NCBI GenBank assembly: GCA_009691415.1
Contig: SICP01000005.1
Coordinates: forward strand, 2,940 to 66,939
DNA: 64,000 nt
Direction of reading: 5' to 3'
Origin: Candidatus Margulisiibacteriota bacterium
Lineage (GTDB): Bacteria; Margulisbacteria; Marinamargulisbacteria; SXXA01; SICP01
Positions 61,787 to 64,000 of the stretch are shown one piece after another. Position numbers and translations under genes: made by a program. Positions within the stretch are counted from its first letter, which is position 1; the number at the start of each line of letters is the position of its first letter. The notes under the pieces were generated by a model. The model saw only the letters and a program-made list of their open reading frames with translations, made no database searches and was not told where the DNA came from.

Positions 61787-62500
61787 GTGGGACCCAACCC
61801 TCTATTTTTGAAATTATCTGGAACATGTGCAGCCTATGTAGTGCCATCATCTGACTCCTCGTTTACCATCGTCGTACAGCCTCTACATGGGGGAGAGATT
61901 CAGCGTATACCTACTGCTGGCGTGATCAACGCTTTAAAAGTTCTGCCGGACAAAATAGTATACGCTACTCGCGAGGCCATTCATTTTCAGTCACGTCTTG
62001 ATACAACCCATTCCGAATTTCGATAGCGGGGGTAAGCGCGATAGATCTTTCCGAGAGACTGTTGGTTTTGGGTTGTTCCAATGGACAGGTTTTAGTCTCT
62101 TCATATTTTTCTCGCGTGGTACGTTTTTAAGCACATGACGAGTCTATTTCCCATGTAAAATTGCAGGGAGATACTATTTTTTCTACTTTAGGTAAACAGG
62201 TGAGACGTTGGGACAAGGCTAGTAGTTATTCGGATACACCACATCCATCGGCAGAGGCCTCTCATAAGAACGGGCATCTGCTAGAGACAATGCGGCATAT
62301 ATACTCGTCAACTCTGGTGTATCAAAATGACTTAACACTTTTTTGGCTGCATCAATGGCCTCGTCATAGTGACGTTCTCGTATACTTTGTGCGATAGGAG
62401 CAATCTCTTCAGGCCATTCAAAAACGGGTGGGATGTCCTTTTCTACAAGATATTTTTGAGGTGCATCTTCTATGTGCTGAGCACTGTTTTCTTTATGGAC
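61787..62500. pseudogene. Gene debris: frame-broken WD40/propeller-like pieces (+) and a 5'-truncated helical-repeat ORF (-)
   Basis: Plus strand: LLVLGCSNGQVLVSS, GKQVRRWD in shifting frames. Minus strand 62217-62495: ..ERHYDEAIDAAKKVLSHFDTPEL.. with no start, abutting the IS3 remnant. Confidence 0.3.
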
Positions 62501-62502
62501 AG

Positions 62503-62948
62503 GACGTTTTTGATAAAGAAGTCATCGGTTCCAGGTTCGCATTTAGATGCCGTTGTCAGGAAGCTATCGAAGCACTTCAGCAAGCTGTTTTGGTAAGATT
62601 TCCTGATGGAAAAGCTCTCGAAAACCTGAGTCTTACCTTACGGCTAGATCGAGGCTGTCAATGTACCGCTTTTGACTTTACTCAAGCGTCCAAGAACCTC
62701 AATATCTCCATTGAATTCTGCGATGTTCAAGCTCCAAATCAAAAGTCTTTTCTGGAATCCTTTTTTTGCCAATTTTAAGCGTGAAGAAGTCTATCGTAAT
62801 ATTTACCAAAATGCCCTACAGGCTTTTTCTGCCTGGCCAAACTATCTGGATCGGCACAATAATTGTAGACCTCATGCTTCTATTGGTTACCTTTCACCGG
62901 ATGATTTTAGGCGTTTACACACCAATAAACCCTCTCTTGTTAATGACG
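62503..62948 (+). pseudogene. Degraded 3' half of a second IS3-family copy
   Basis: Colinear with 50407-50851 of the intact IS, with substitutions and a frameshift (two overlapping ORF pieces). Confidence 0.85.
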
Positions 62949-62965
62949 AACTTTAGCGTTAGCTG

Positions 62966-63652
62966 TTATAGATAATGTACATCTAACGCTATTGCCGAAT
63001 CAGCATTTACTTGGAAGGCTTTACCATTTTTGACTGATGAAATGATTTTTGTGAGAGTCTCGTCAACATAATGTGCGGCCGTAAAATCTTGGAGTGCGAT
63101 ACCAGGTTTTATGGCGCCAGAACTAATATTATTTTGATAGGCCGGTGCACGTTCTGGTTCCGAATCGTAATGAGGGCAACAGCTATTTTTTAAAAATCCG
63201 AGACCGTCTAATACGCCTAGAGGCCATACAGAATCGGTCATGCACTGTTCAAACCAACAGATCGCGCCAGCGCTTACTCCCGCCAAAACAATGCCCCGGT
63301 TGTAGGCTTCTTTTAGGAGGGTATCCATACCCCAGGTTTTCCAGAGAGCCAACATACTTTTGGTATTTCCTCCTCCGACATAGATGATGTCTTGACTAAG
63401 AAGTTTTTCTTGCCAACTGTCTTCAACACGATCAAATAATGAAATCCAAGTAGGCTTAGCACCTAATGTGTGAAAGGTATCGTAGAATTTGACGATGTAT
63501 TCTGGTGATTCTCTACTAGCTTGGGGGAGCATACAAATCTTTGGAGAAGAGGGCGCCACTTGGCTTAAGAGATATTTTTCAAGCTTTAGATCGCTCTTTG
63601 AATGAGAAAATCCGCCGCCGCCTATAGAGATAATATGTTTAGTGTTTTGCAT
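62966..63652 (-). CDS. pepE: Peptidase E-like (S51 family) dipeptidase
   Basis: YVGGGNTKSML and GVSAGAICWF (Ser nucleophile context); size 228 aa. Confidence 0.8.
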   Translation of the reverse strand: MQNTKHIISIGGGGFSHSKSDLKLEKYLLSQVAPSSPKICMLPQASRESPEYIVKFYDTFHTLGAKPTWISLFDRVEDSWQEKLLSQDIIYVGGGNTKSMLALWKTWGMDTLLKEAYNRGIVLAGVSAGAICWFEQCMTDSVWPLGVLDGLGFLKNSCCPHYDSEPERAPAYQNNISSGAIKPGIALQDFTAAHYVDETLTKIISSVKNGKAFQVNADSAIALDVHYL

Positions 63653-63677
63653 TGGGGTGTTTCACCTCCGTTTGAAA
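63537..63677. repeat. Direct repeat partner of 60291-60432
   Basis: Hand alignment of about 138 bp with a handful of substitutions. Confidence 0.75.
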
Positions 63678-63699
63678 TATCCGCTGGCACCATGATCTC

Positions 63700-63999
63700 T
63701 TAAACTGGGGTTTTCCCCGCTTTCCAAAGATCTCGTTGTAGTCGTTTGTTAACAAGATTTCCGTTTTCATCTAAGTGTTCTTCAAGAAATTTTTTAAGTC
63801 TTTCGAAACTAGCGGCACTATTGTTCTGCATGAAAACCTGATTAAGAGGCTCGTAACCAAAGTGACTAACGTCAAGCCTCTTGTTCTTTTTCTCATCCAT
63901 ATAGACATTAAGTGTGCCTAAAATAAACTGGCCAACATCTTGGGTTGTGGCATCTTGAAGTAAGTGCGAAAGAAATTCCTCAGGATTGGGTTGTTCCAA
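63700..63999 (-). CDS. Hypothetical protein (may extend beyond the window)
   Basis: ORF only; the apparent TTG start at 63999 is 1 nt from the window edge. Confidence 0.35.
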   Translation of the reverse strand: MEQPNPEEFLSHLLQDATTQDVGQFILGTLNVYMDEKKNKRLDVSHFGYEPLNQVFMQNNSAASFERLKKFLEEHLDENGNLVNKRLQRDLWKAGKTPV

Positions 64000-64000
64000 A

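Overview
Low-GC bacterial chromosome segment, probably from a diderm, with two very different halves.

(1) Positions 1-35.3 kb are conserved core. obg (partial), rpmA and rplU lie on the minus strand, followed by ppa and a DAACS-type symporter. Then comes one uninterrupted plus-strand run of about 55 genes: tRNA-Trp, secE-nusG-rplKAJL-rpoBC, rpsL-rpsG-fusA-tuf, the S10/spc/alpha ribosomal clusters (no rpmD/L30 gene), truA, rplM-rpsI and a serA-like dehydrogenase.

(2) Positions 35.3-64 kb are a mosaic accessory region.
- It starts with orphan genes and a 16S rRNA + tRNA-Ile(GAU) unit that ends at a hairpin. No 23S or 5S follows anywhere in the window.
- tRNA-Ala(UGC) is displaced 2.9 kb away, behind two unrelated protein genes.
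- Directly after tRNA-Ala is an island that looks richer in G/C by eye. It carries a large serine recombinase and two diverged inverted copies (about 0.68 kb) of a DprA/SLOG-like gene.
- Those copies bracket a 6.4 kb cargo: an ankyrin protein with an unassigned C-terminal domain plus a DUF4238-like gene, a YiiX-like/propeller-like/membrane operon, a structured non-coding stretch, and an apparently intact IS3-family element.
- Next is a metal block: a CzcA/CusA-type RND pump and an outer-membrane factor with no membrane-fusion protein, and a merP-merT-like pair with no merA or merR.
- The window ends in a decay zone: IS5 and IS3 remnants, truncated genes, an MFS transporter, and a peptidase-E gene whose 5' end is duplicated 3.2 kb away.

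No CRISPR array was seen. All calls come from reading the sequence and the ORF track by eye. No database search or numeric composition analysis was run.
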